NCBI GenBank assembly: GCA_965221795.1
Contig: OZ244914.1
Location: 1,466,030 to 1,530,029 of the forward strand
Length of the DNA: 64,000 bases
DNA from: Candidatus Poriferihabitaceae bacterium
GTDB lineage: Bacteria > Pseudomonadota > Gammaproteobacteria > Arenicellales > Poriferihabitantaceae
Direction of reading: 5' to 3'
Positions 1 to 8,417 of this stretch are shown piece by piece. The position numbers were made by a program, and so were the translations under genes. The notes under the pieces were generated by a model. That model was not told the DNA's origin. It did not search any database and saw only the letters and a list, made by a program, of their open reading frames with translations. Every line of letters starts with the position of its first letter. Within the stretch, counting starts at the first letter, position 1.

Positions 1-1067
1 TGCTCTATAGCCCGACTCATTGCCTGAGCGCAAGTCCGTGTATCAGCCGAGCCACCCAGGTCACGGGTGCGTGACGTCGGATCCGTCAGTGCCGATTCCA
101 TCGCCATTTCAAGGGATCGTGCTGCATCGGTTTCACCAAGATGTTCCAGCATCATGGCGGCGGCCCAGACCGCTCCCACTGGATTGGCAATGCCTTGCCC
201 GGCAATGTCTGGAGCAGACCCGTGTACTGGCTCGAACATGGAAGGACAATTCCCGTCGGGATTCAGATTGGCAGATGGAGCAATCCCAATGGAGCCCGCT
301 ACCGCGGGTCCAAGATCGGACAGAATATCCCCAAACAGGTTGGAGCCCACCACCACCTCGAACCAATCTGGATGCTGCACAAAATGAGCAGTCAGGATGT
401 CAATATGGTATTGATCCGTCTCCACGTCTGGATACTGCTCAGCAATCACCTGGAAGCGCTCATCCCAGTAAGGCATAGTATGGACGATGCCATTGGACTT
501 GGTCGCAGAAGTCACTTTCTTGCGGGGGCGCTGTTGGGCTAATCGGAACGCATAGTGCAGAATACGATCTACTCCCTGTCGGGTGAAAATCATTTGCTGC
601 GAGACAAACTCCCGATCCGTACCGGCAAAAATTCGTCCTCCAATCTCTGAGTATTCCCCTTCGACATTCTCTCGTACCACAATAAAATTGATGTCTTCCG
701 GCTCACGCCCAGCCAACGGAGAAGTGATCCCCGAAAGCAGTCGGACTGGGCGAAGATTGACATATTGGTCCAATTGCCTGCGAATCGGGATGAGCAAGTT
801 CCAGAGCGACACATGATCCGGAACTCCCGGAAATCCCACCGCCCCCAGATAAATTGCATCAAATTGCTTTAATTCCTTGATCCCGTGTGCAGGCATCATA
901 CTGCCTGTCCTGATATAGCGCTCACAAGACCAGTCGAATTCATGCCATTCGACTGCAAAATCATGTCGGTCCGAGACCCCCTCCACCATCTCCTGGCCAA
1001 CTGGGATCACTTCCTTGCCAATGCCATCGCCGGGAATGACTGCAATCTTGTATTTTCTGTTACGCAT
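1..1067 (-). CDS. D-malate / tartrate dehydrogenase-decarboxylase family (isocitrate/isopropylmalate dehydrogenase superfamily); 3' end runs off the left edge
   Basis: Absent from the ORF track because its stop lies outside the window. My own minus-strand translation from ATG 1067..1065 gives MRNRKYKIAVIPGDGIGKEVIPVGQEMVEG...FDAIYLGAVGFPGVPDHVSLWNLLIPIRRQLDQYVNLRPVR...VVRENVEGEYSEIGG...SATKSNG...SNLFGDILSDLGPAVAGSIGIAPSANLNP...FEPVHGSAPDIAGQGIANP. This is colinear with DmlA/TtuC-type enzymes as I recall them. Confidence 0.85.
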   Translation of the reverse strand, partial: MRNRKYKIAVIPGDGIGKEVIPVGQEMVEGVSDRHDFAVEWHEFDWSCERYIRTGSMMPAHGIKELKQFDAIYLGAVGFPGVPDHVSLWNLLIPIRRQLDQYVNLRPVRLLSGITSPLAGREPEDINFIVVRENVEGEYSEIGGRIFAGTDREFVSQQMIFTRQGVDRILHYAFRLAQQRPRKKVTSATKSNGIVHTMPYWDERFQVIAEQYPDVETDQYHIDILTAHFVQHPDWFEVVVGSNLFGDILSDLGPAVAGSIGIAPSANLNPDGNCPSMFEPVHGSAPDIAGQGIANPVGAVWAAAMMLEHLGETDAARSLEMAMESALTDPTSRTRDLGGSADTRTCAQAMSRAIE

Positions 1068-1289
1068 AGATACTCGTTTGTGTTGCTCCACCTCGTCTTC
1101 TCCGAAGGAGGAGCCATGGCCTAGGGCTCTTAGACCCTGCTGCATTTCCCAGAATAGCATCATCTTCCCAGACTTCGCTATGCGCCCAGCCACTCGTTAT
1201 GACGAAGCGGTATGGAGCTCAGCCTTGGATCTCTGATCCGGGTCCACACGAATTCTCTCCTTGACCAGTAGCGGGGTCAAGTGGTCTTC

Positions 1290-3180
1290 TGTCACAGCCT
1301 TGTGTCACAGCCTTGCGGGCTCCCTCCTGCCGACAGAGCCATACGGTCCAGAAGAATCCGTCTGACAGTCGCGGATACTTGCTTCACAGACCAACCCTCC
1401 TATATGACCCGCCCCGGTTTGCAAAAGCAATTTTCGATCTGGAAGGAACCGGCTGCTGCCAGATATCCGGCCTTTCGACGGGGATCTCATGCCCCTGGCC
1501 CTGATGGAATGCGCACCGGTGTGGCCTGATCATTCGGCCGACCTCAACACGGCACACCGTTCGGTGCTCCCTGGATCGGGTCCTGGAGGGTTCCCGGTTC
1601 TCACGCCGGCGGTTTGCCTGTTCTGCCATCACGATCCATTGCTCTCCAGCAACCCTGGTAGGGAAACGGTTCGGTGCGGTCCGGTGGATGTCCGAATCCG
1701 GGATCCCGCTCCCGGTTCACCGTTGGCCTGCCTTCAGGCCAGCCCGTGATTCTCCTCGTACGGCTTTCGAGAGGTGAGCACGGCCCCTGCCGTCCGCGCC
1801 ATCCGGTTCGCCAGCGCCACCGTCGCCACGTTCTGGTGACGCCGCTCCAGCAAGCCCTGGAGCCACTGGCTGCGCCGGTCCCTCTTCTCCTTCCGGGAAA
1901 GCTGGGTGACCCTCGCCCGGGCCCCATGGATCCGCAGGCCGCGCCGATACCGGTCGCCCCGTTTCGAGATCCCCAGCAGCCGCTCCTTGCCACCGGTGGA
2001 ATACGGTTTCGGGACCCACCCGAGCCCGGCCGCACACTCCCGGCCGTTCCGGAACAGGCCCGGATCGCCCATGGTGGCCAGCAGCGCCGTGGCCGTCATC
2101 GGGCCCACCCCGGGAAGGGTCTTCCGCAACGGCGCCGGTTCGTCTGCCCCGGCCATCTCCTCGATCATCCGCTCGTACCGGTCCACCCGCTCGTCCAGGT
2201 GCACCCGCTCGTCGTCGAGGTCCGCTAGGACCTCCAGGAACCGCGGCCGCAGATCCCCCTCCCCGGCTCCCCCATTGCCCAGCATCGCCGCCCCGGCAGG
2301 ACGGACCTGGCCGCGCCCCTGGGGACTCTCGATGCCGAACTCGGCCAACCGGCCGCGGACTGGGTTCACAGGGGCCGTCCGGTTGCCCACCGCCCGGGAC
2401 CGGATCCGGTGGCTGGCCTGCTGCGCCGGCCGGTCCGCGCTCTGGATCCCCACGAACCGCCTGTTCGGGCGTTGGAGCGCCGCGCAGATCGCGGTGGCGT
2501 CGGCGCGGTCGTTCTGGTTGGACTGGACGTACGGCTTCCCGAACTGCGGCGCCATGAGCTGGGCCTCAGGCCCCATCGCCAGGACCTCCCGGCCCCACGG
2601 CTGGGCCCGTCCGCAGGCTTCCATGCCCACCACGCAGGGGGCCCGGTGGGACCGGAACGCCTTCCGCTTCGCCGGCTTCCGCTGCCGGTCAACGCCGGGG
2701 CGACCCGCGTCGTCGACGCCGTGGACAGGGACCGAGTTCTTCGCCAGATCCATGCCGACGAAAGCGGCAGCGGTCCTGGGGGGAATCGTGCGATTCGTTG
2801 CCTTGGTCAGGGTTGATTCCTCGAGGGTGGGCAGGAGGAACCGATCATGGTGGCTCCCGGAAGCCGTCTCCGACGGGAGTGGACCATGGCCACTCGCCGT
2901 CGTCTTCCGAATCGCCAGGCTCCCGGCGCCGCCAGGGAACGAGGCCCCTACGGGATCGGGTTTCGGGGGCAAGGGGAAACCGCTCCCGGGGGGAGGCTTG
3001 CGGAACCCCGCCTTCCTTGCCGACCGGCGGCCTGACGGGCTCCATGGTCCCGAAACCGCGCACCGCCGCGATCCGGCTCCCTGGCGGAATCGGCTCCCGC
3101 CTGACCAGCGTGTGCGGGATGCGGGTGGTTTCGCGGAATGCTTCATCGTCGATCGGAGTGGTTGCCGGTTCACGCTCCCG
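1290..3180 (-). mobile_element. IS110-family element region (ends approximate; 1290-1733 may be additional GC-rich relic DNA)
   Basis: Sequence switches from host-like to GC-rich near 1290, and an IS5-type left end begins near 3181. The region contains an IS110-type transposase ORF. IS110 elements lack obvious terminal IRs, so the ends cannot be fixed by eye. Confidence 0.5.
1734..2753 (-). CDS. IS110 family transposase
   Basis: Track ORF 1734..3173(-). Family-like sequence starts at internal Met141: FVGMDLAKNSVPVHGVDD..VVGMEACG..KPYVQSNQNDRADATAI..LPGVGPMTATALLATMGDPGLFRNGRECAAGLGWVPKPYSTGGKERLLGISKRGDRYRRGLRIHGA. The 140 codons upstream look like GC-rich read-through. Confidence 0.85.
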   Translation of the reverse strand: MDLAKNSVPVHGVDDAGRPGVDRQRKPAKRKAFRSHRAPCVVGMEACGRAQPWGREVLAMGPEAQLMAPQFGKPYVQSNQNDRADATAICAALQRPNRRFVGIQSADRPAQQASHRIRSRAVGNRTAPVNPVRGRLAEFGIESPQGRGQVRPAGAAMLGNGGAGEGDLRPRFLEVLADLDDERVHLDERVDRYERMIEEMAGADEPAPLRKTLPGVGPMTATALLATMGDPGLFRNGRECAAGLGWVPKPYSTGGKERLLGISKRGDRYRRGLRIHGARARVTQLSRKEKRDRRSQWLQGLLERRHQNVATVALANRMARTAGAVLTSRKPYEENHGLA

Positions 3181-3252
3181 AAGGGGGGCGGGTCATACCA
3201 TTATTCCCAGATTCATGTCCCAGACCGGCCGGTTTGATCTTTCCGACTGTCA
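3181..3252 (+). mobile_element. Left-end fragment of an IS5-family element, truncated after about 11 transposase codons
   Basis: 34 nt (catgtcccagaccggccggtttgatctttccgac) at 3214-3247 are identical to 8417-8450, the start of the IS5 transposase gene (MSQTGRFDLSD). The preceding ~30 nt are also similar to the region upstream of 8417. Confidence 0.7.
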
Positions 3253-3984
3253 GGAACCGCGCTCCCGCCAGGGCGAGGCGGATTGCGGTGAGAGGTCCGA
3301 CGCCCTGATTGGCAGAAGTCTTCAGGTCGCTGGAGAGATGACCATAGGCTTGGGCATGCAGTAGGGTTCGGAAGGTGCCGCTGACTTTCTGTTTGGTCTT
3401 GGCCATCCGAAGATCCTGTTCACTTCGATCGTTCGTGAACGGAACTTCGGCCGGTCGGGCGAACCGCAGGATTTCCTTCTGGTAGTCGATGAAGGCCTGA
3501 TGCCGCTTTTTGGCTTCGCTTTTCGGCATCTGCCCACGCGGCCCTTTCGAGGCGGACGCTCGGGCAGTTTCGCCCGGCCCGGTTCCAGGATGGCGCGGTA
3601 GCGAGCCGACACCTTCTGAAAACACATGAGGCTCAGGAGCTTGCGGTCGGAGCGGTTCCCGGCATGACCGGTTCGGACCAGCAACGGTTTCATGCGCTGC
3701 GCCCAGTGCGGTGCGGAGGCATCGATGACCTGTTGCAGATTGCGCAGCAAGTGTCCGCCACACCATGCGTGATCGCACTGGTCATAGCGGAAATAGGTGG
3801 CCCAGCGATCATGCGCCAGCACCAGTTTCGGTGCGTCCGCGTCTTCGTCCCCGCGGGAGCGATCGCCGAAGCGGGGAGTGATGTCGAAGGCCTGGAGTGC
3901 CTTCTCGCCTCGTTTCGGATGGCATTTCTTGACCACCAGATCGCCGCCCGAGCAGACATGAATCCAGTAGTTCTTGCGGTTCAT
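3253..3984 (-). pseudogene. IS66 family transposase, 5'-truncated and frameshifted
   Basis: Two overlapping minus-strand frames (track ORFs 3322..3984 and 3170..3778). They give ..NYWIHVCSGGDLVVKKCHPKRGEKAL..LAHDRWATYFRYDQCDHAWCGGHLLRNLQQVID.. and then ..FTNDRSEQDLRMAKTKQKVSGTFRTLLHAQAYGHLSSDLKTSANQGVGPLTAIRLAL. This is the IS66 DDE core and C-terminal pattern. The N-terminal third is missing. Confidence 0.7.
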
Positions 3985-4009
3985 GATGCCTCTTGAATTT
4001 TTTAACCAG

Positions 4010-4030
4010 GGGTGTCAAAATCGGACACCC
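4010..4030. promoter_or_regulatory. 7-bp inverted repeat upstream of parD (candidate operator or stem-loop)
   Basis: gggtgtc (4010-4016), aaaatcg spacer, gacaccc (4024-4030), lying 22 nt upstream of the parD ATG. Type II antitoxins commonly autoregulate through promoter palindromes. Confidence 0.3.
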
Positions 4031-4051
4031 TGTTTACAGAGATCTTCGAGA

Positions 4052-4318
4052 ATGCCAGCCAGTCATGCCAGAAATGTCGCCCTTACTCCGGAGCTCAGTA
4101 GCTTTGTTGATGAGCAGGTAGTCTCCGGTCGCTACGCCAGTGCGAGCGAAGTTATGCGTGCCGGGCTACGTGCCCTGCAGGACCACCATGATCTGGATGC
4201 GATCGCAACGAGAATCACCAAGGCTCTTGATCAGCTGGAGAATGGCCACGGGATCACGGGCGCACCGGAACAGGTGCTGGGGGATGTGCTTGATGCAGCC
4301 CGGACAAGGCGGGGATGA
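4052..4318 (+). CDS. parD: ParD-type (CC2985/COG3609) type II antitoxin
   Basis: Internal ATG of track ORF 3974..4318. MPASHARNVALTPELSSFVDEQVVSGRYASASEVMRAGLRALQDHH has the characteristic ..FI..qV.sGrY.SaSEVvRaGLRlL.. signature. Its stop overlaps the next start (ATGA). Confidence 0.85.
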   Translation: MPASHARNVALTPELSSFVDEQVVSGRYASASEVMRAGLRALQDHHDLDAIATRITKALDQLENGHGITGAPEQVLGDVLDAARTRRG

Positions 4319-4695
4319 AGCGCATTGTTTATGCGCCTGCCGCCCTCGCCAGCCTTCAGGACATTCTCGAGTGGACCATCCGAGTATTTGGTGACGCCCA
4401 GGCACAAAAATACACAGATCGTCTGGCGAACCGCCTGAGATTGATTGCCGACGGCAAACCACCATGTCCCAGGCCCTGCGACCTTTTCCTTCAGGGTAGG
4501 CGGGATGCGACGGGACTCGGTTACTACCGGGAAGGCCGACATTACCTGATCATGAGAGAAACTGACGATACGCTGGAGCTGGTCGAGATATTTCACGAAA
4601 AGATGAATATCGATGCCAGACTCCTGAATCATGCTGAAAAGCCGCCAATGTCACAATTATACAATTTTGCGTTTCAGAGTTCGTTCGAGTTGTAA
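4315..4695 (+). CDS. parE: ParE/RelE-family type II toxin (with an unusually long C-terminal tail)
   Basis: Track ORF. MKRIVYAPAALASLQDILEWTIRVFGDAQAQKYTDRLANRL...YYREGRHYLIMRETDDTLELVEIFHEKMNI fits the ParE pattern. It is translationally coupled to parD. About 25 residues after ..EKMNIDARL look like non-conserved read-through. Confidence 0.8.
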   Translation: MKRIVYAPAALASLQDILEWTIRVFGDAQAQKYTDRLANRLRLIADGKPPCPRPCDLFLQGRRDATGLGYYREGRHYLIMRETDDTLELVEIFHEKMNIDARLLNHAEKPPMSQLYNFAFQSSFEL

Positions 4696-4924
4696 GGACT
4701 TCTCCCTGCTCCGTTGGGGAATTCCAGCATCGACGGCCGGTGGGTATATCCACCAAAGCAGTCGCATATGTCGTTCAGGATGCGGAACATCGACCGGTCG
4801 ATGAAACCAGTTTTTGACCAGAGTTCCTGTTATATTTCCTGCCACCATTCGTTTTTTACTCCGATGATCGACTCCAAGGTACTTCCAGTACCGCTGGGGC
4901 ATTTTCTTTCCTAATTACCACGAA

Positions 4925-5806
4925 TCATAAGCCGAGTTTCAGGAGCTTTTCCGGCATCGGCAGGGTTCGCAAGGCGACATCGGCGAGTCTGGGGATGAGG
5001 TCCGGCAGGTGATACCGGCGATGGAACCGGTATTCGAATTCGGCAAGGTAGCGTTGTGCGTATTTTGGCCGGAAGGATATGGTCACGGCTACGCAAAGCC
5101 GACTTCCGGTTGCCGAGCACGGTATTGACCCAATAGAACTCCGGCTTCGCCACCGCGGCCCGTCCACCCCCGCTGACTACGACCGGATGCCGGCATCCGG
5201 CCTCGGTGACGCCGTCGAAGCCTTTCAATCCGTCCGAAACGACCTCGCTGCCGGCCACCACACCAGGTGCCGACGAGCCCCGTCGGCGAGGTGCGACTGG
5301 CGGACACTCGGGACCACGTTGCGCTGGATGCGTTGGGGGTGGCCCTCTTCGGTAGTCTGCACGGCCGCTACGAATGGGGTCTTGCCCTCCGCCCCGCGGC
5401 CCCGTTTGCCGCCGCTTCGCTCCCCACCCAGATCCGCATCGTCCAACTGCACCTGGCCGTCCAGACGCTGTCTTCCAGTCCGCTCCATCATCACCTGCAT
5501 CAGTTTGTGCTGAATCCGCCAAACGGCGTGGTAGGAGACTCCCAGTTGGCGGTACCACGGCATCGCCGACACCCCCCTTCTTGGTCTGGGTCCGCAGGTA
5601 GATCGCCTGGAACCAAATGGTCAGCGGCAGCTTGCTGGACTCGAAGAGGGTGCCGGCGATGATCGAGGTTTGTCGATGGCACCGATCACACGGGCGCAGT
5701 TTCCGGGGGTTCCGATGGCAACTCTGGTCGTGGCCGCAGTGTGGCACACGAGGCCGTTGGGCCAACGCAGCCGGAACAGCGCATCGTCCATATAATATCC
5801 ATACAA
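4925..5806 (-). pseudogene. IS1595 family (ISXO2-like) transposase, multiple frameshifts
   Basis: Pieces lie in three minus frames (track ORFs 5621..5806, 4911..5813, 5225..5572, 4925..5167). They read LFRLRWPNGLVC, then ..CDRCHRQTSIIAGTLFESSKLPLTIWFQAIYL.., then ..LGVSYHAVWRIQHKLMQVM..LDDADLGGERSGGKRGRGAEGKTPFVAAVQT.., then ..YLAEFEYRFHRRY. Confidence 0.8.
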
Positions 5807-5876
5807 TATACAATTCTTTTCTAAAAATTACTGATATCGAGCATGCTCTATCGAAGGCAAATTGTGTAAACAGGCC

Positions 5877-6725
5877 CTAGCCTTTCCATCCCTCTCCGGG
5901 AAGGAGCAAGACTAGCCTGTTAGAAACCGTTTGCGCTGCTTCTGTTGGCCGCCATTCGTAGCCCAATCGTAGAAGGGCACTCATGTCCGCGCCGAATTGC
6001 GGGTTGCCGATCTTCTCGTCAAGATTTTTCTCAAACATCGCACGGGTCACGCGATGACCTTCTCGTTCCATGTACTCCAGAAATACACCTACAATTCTTT
6101 CAGCGTCGCTTCGCTCATCCGCAAGCCCGGTTGCCAAGTCGAATAGATCCCGGCCTTTGCGTCGCTGATAGAGCGCTCTCAGCTTGGTAGCCAACAACTC
6201 GTCAAGCTCGTAGGTCGGTATTGCGGCTGATCCAACATGCCAGCGAGAATCGACGCGGAAAATCACTTTTGGGCAACCCAACACTGCGAAATGTTCCCGG
6301 GTGTTGACTTCCACTTTGAGACGCAGGCGCATCGCCGGCGTGTCTTCGGACCAGAATCGGTAATGGAAAGTGACCCGCCCTCGCGATTGCTTCCAGCGTG
6401 CTTCCCCGAGCCATGGGTCGAGCACACTTCGTAAACGGTCCATCACTGTGCCGGCTGGGCTGGGCTCAACCTGTACGAGATCGATGTCCTCTGAATAACG
6501 GGCAGGCGGAGACAAGTAGAGTTTGTAAAGCGCCGTTCCTCCCCGAAACGCCAACGCCTTGGCAAGAACCGGATCGGAAAAAATCTCCGTGAGCGCACGG
6601 CTGATGATCAAATCCTGCTCGACCTGAAAATCCTCATTCCAAGGAGCCCGGTCACGCCATTCACTGATGTAGTCCTGGGGTATCACGCCTCTATTTCGAT
6701 GTTCGCGTTCACAATCAGACGCCAT
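5877..6725 (-). CDS. abiEii: AbiEii/AbiGii-family nucleotidyltransferase toxin (type IV TA / abortive infection)
   Basis: Track ORF. IPQDYISEWRDRAPWNEDFQVEQDLIISRAL..AFRGGTALYKLYL..RYSEDIDLV matches the DUF1814 nucleotidyltransferase signature. It overlaps the upstream AbiEi ORF by 43 nt, so the true start may be a little downstream. Confidence 0.85.
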   Translation of the reverse strand: MASDCEREHRNRGVIPQDYISEWRDRAPWNEDFQVEQDLIISRALTEIFSDPVLAKALAFRGGTALYKLYLSPPARYSEDIDLVQVEPSPAGTVMDRLRSVLDPWLGEARWKQSRGRVTFHYRFWSEDTPAMRLRLKVEVNTREHFAVLGCPKVIFRVDSRWHVGSAAIPTYELDELLATKLRALYQRRKGRDLFDLATGLADERSDAERIVGVFLEYMEREGHRVTRAMFEKNLDEKIGNPQFGADMSALLRLGYEWRPTEAAQTVSNRLVLLLPGEGWKG

Positions 6726-7489
6726 TCTTTCGACCTTGGCGAACCGCTTGCATCCGCTTCAGACAGCAACTTCGTGTAGTTTCTCGCCCGTCGTCGAACG
6801 CTATCCCTCAACAGGGAGGTTTTCTCCCCGGCCCCCACAAGATCGAGAAGATACCCCAGGCGCTGCGCCCAGAGAACCGAAGCCGACTCGGAAGCTTTGG
6901 CCAGAAGTTCTGTGTCCAGTTTCCCACCGAGTTCTGAGAGCACGCCAGCCACCCGGTCCAAGCCGCCGGCGCGGCGCATATATCCGACAAGGTCCACCGC
7001 GGTCGCTTCCGCGCTGGATACCACCACACTGCCGCGCAGATTGTTGAAGCGCTCAACTGGAACCAACGTCAGATTCCTGCGGGAAACGAAAACCACCTTG
7101 ACCGTACCGCAAGTAACCGCTCGGCGATTTCCATTAATGACGACCTGGAATTCCTGGGGACGATGATGAGCTGCGCCATGGTACTGCGCAGCGGAAAGCA
7201 GTCCGACATAGTACCGGAGGTTGCGGTACTCCATCAGTGCCGGAACAAACTGATCTGCGGGCAGGCAGCGAAGCCGCCTGTACTCGGGCGGCACGATCAC
7301 GTAAAACCCCCGCGCCGGACTTGCGATACTCCCCTTTGCTGCTAGCCGACTTAGCGTCTGGCGCACCGCAGTGGCCGATACACCAAGGGCATCTCGAATT
7401 TCAGACGAAGTAAAGTGATGCCGACCGCGGGCGGCCAGGCTCAGAACAAAATCACTCGCGCGAGGCACGGTAGAATCATACATAGCCAT
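6683..7489 (-). CDS. abiEi: AbiEi-family antitoxin / transcriptional regulator
   Basis: Track ORF. N-terminal wHTH-like FTSSEIRDALGVSATAVRQTLSRLAAKGSIASPARGFYVIVPPEY, then ..YYVGLLSAAQYHGAAHHRPQEFQVV.., directly upstream of the AbiEii gene. The start may instead be the second ATG (7483). Confidence 0.85.
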   Translation of the reverse strand: MAMYDSTVPRASDFVLSLAARGRHHFTSSEIRDALGVSATAVRQTLSRLAAKGSIASPARGFYVIVPPEYRRLRCLPADQFVPALMEYRNLRYYVGLLSAAQYHGAAHHRPQEFQVVINGNRRAVTCGTVKVVFVSRRNLTLVPVERFNNLRGSVVVSSAEATAVDLVGYMRRAGGLDRVAGVLSELGGKLDTELLAKASESASVLWAQRLGYLLDLVGAGEKTSLLRDSVRRRARNYTKLLSEADASGSPRSKEWRLIVNANIEIEA

Positions 7490-7517
7490 TATAAAGTAGC
7501 ACTATCCGTTACTTTAT
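7488..7517 (-). promoter_or_regulatory. Candidate abiE promoter/operator: TATAAT box overlapping an 8-bp inverted repeat
   Basis: Minus-strand TATAAT at 7493..7488 overlaps the first ATG (7489..7487). Plus-strand ataaagta (7491-7498) and tactttat (7510-7517) are perfect reverse complements separated by 11 nt, in an AT-rich stretch. Confidence 0.35.
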
Positions 7518-7661
7518 GCAATTTATATTTTATTTCAGAACTTCACGCACATTCTTGCTCGCGGGCATCTCCTAACGGTTGAAAAGGCATGAATGTTTCA
7601 CCCTGTCGGGCATTACTGCATGGATTACTGTTGCCGTGTACAGGTTCGAAGCCTGTCCCTC

Positions 7662-7915
7662 CACGTCGACGTCATCCCCCATCGGAATTCCCCTCCCGTC
7701 ATCCGGTTGCGACCAGCCTGGCAGGAAGGCCGGCGGCACCCGGCGCATCACCCTGACCAATTTCTCCAACATGCCGCCCGAACGGACCGACGCCGTGCGG
7801 GCCATCCTGAAGGGGGGGGCATCGTGTTCCCATCGCTCGAGGCGGCCGTTCTCGGCGCGTTGCGCCGTCTCGGGATGCCCCGGATCCTGGGCCGCAAGGC
7901 CGAACGCAACCGGAT
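7662..7915 (+). pseudogene. N-terminal fragment of an IS1634/IS4-superfamily-like transposase (frameshifted)
   Basis: Across three plus frames: LHVDVIPHRNSPPVIRLRPAWQEG, then GTRRITLTNFSNMPPERTDAVRAILKGG, then LGALRRLGMPRILGRKAERNRIL. This matches the (M)xVEVIPNRNSPPAxLLRExxREGGKVRKRTLANLSxxP..L.GG N-terminus I recall for that family. One shift occurs at a G-run at 7813-7820. Confidence 0.5.
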
Positions 7916-8173
7916 CCTGAGCCGAGGTGTCGGCCGCAGGACCGAGATGCGGAATGGACGAAGAAACCCGGCCGGTCCTACTTCAGCTACCAAAACCACA
8001 TCCGCCTCGACCGGAAACAACCAGCAGATTCGTCAGTCAGCGGTGGTGGCGGTCCATAATGCCTGGATGATGGACCGGGTACGGGACCCGGGTAATGCGG
8101 GCTCCTAGGTCTGGGCCGAATGCTCGCATGGGCACCGCGGAATCTCTCCGCGACTACGTGATTCGAGGTACCC
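7916..8173 (+). mobile_element. Deletion derivative of the IS5-family element (mid-gene segment joined directly to the right end)
   Basis: By eye, 7918-8118 aligns to 8901-9106 of the full copy (gagccgagg..gatgcg..acgaagaaacccgg..ggtctgggc). It then jumps to the terminal ..aatctctccgcgactacgtgattcgaggtaccc, which matches 9511-9544. It is 5'-truncated against the IS1634-like fragment. Confidence 0.7.
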
Positions 8174-8214
8174 TTTCATAACGTGTCTTCTCCTCGAGTT
8201 GAATGTGAATATTA

Positions 8215-8337
8215 CTACATAAAAGTTCTGACAATTACAGCGGTAAAACCGACGATCAGAGCAACCATCGACCCTATAAGCCAGCGTTGCATGCCGGATT
8301 CTCTGTCTGAAATTAGAGCCTTAATGTCTGGAATATC
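8215..8337 (-). pseudogene. 3' part (40 codons plus stop) of a small membrane-anchor gene split by IS5
   Basis: Minus-strand translation: DIPDIKALISDRESGMQRWLIGSMVALIVGFTAVIVRTFM*. It continues in frame from 9545 once the IS and one copy of the TTCT duplication are removed. Confidence 0.7.
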
Positions 8338-8341
8338 TTCT

Positions 8342-8355
8342 GGGCACCTCGAATA
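8342..8355. repeat. IS5 left terminal inverted repeat
   Basis: gggcacctcgaata, the reverse complement of 9531-9544. Confidence 0.85.
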
Positions 8356-8417
8356 CCCCCTGCTTGAACTGACGCCTTGATAAAATTGGGATTCACCAAT
8401 GATCCCTTCCAATCCCC

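Noticed and set aside
1906-3237. 443-aa plus-strand ORF, with many other 100-350-aa ORFs in all frames across 1.3-3.2, 8.3-9.4 and 16.3-18.7 kb (for example 8313..9362-, 17622..18665+, 16441..16920-)
   Set aside because: They lie antisense to or out of frame with recognisable transposase sequence, and their products are Arg/Pro/Gly-rich low-complexity text. High GC content suppresses stop codons, so long open frames are expected by chance.
7640-7656. tRNA-like T-arm (acagg-ttcgaag-cctgt) followed by ccctcca
   Set aside because: No matching 5' acceptor strand, D-arm or anticodon arm in the preceding ~60 nt. It sits directly upstream of the IS1634-like fragment and is more likely part of that element or a chance hairpin.
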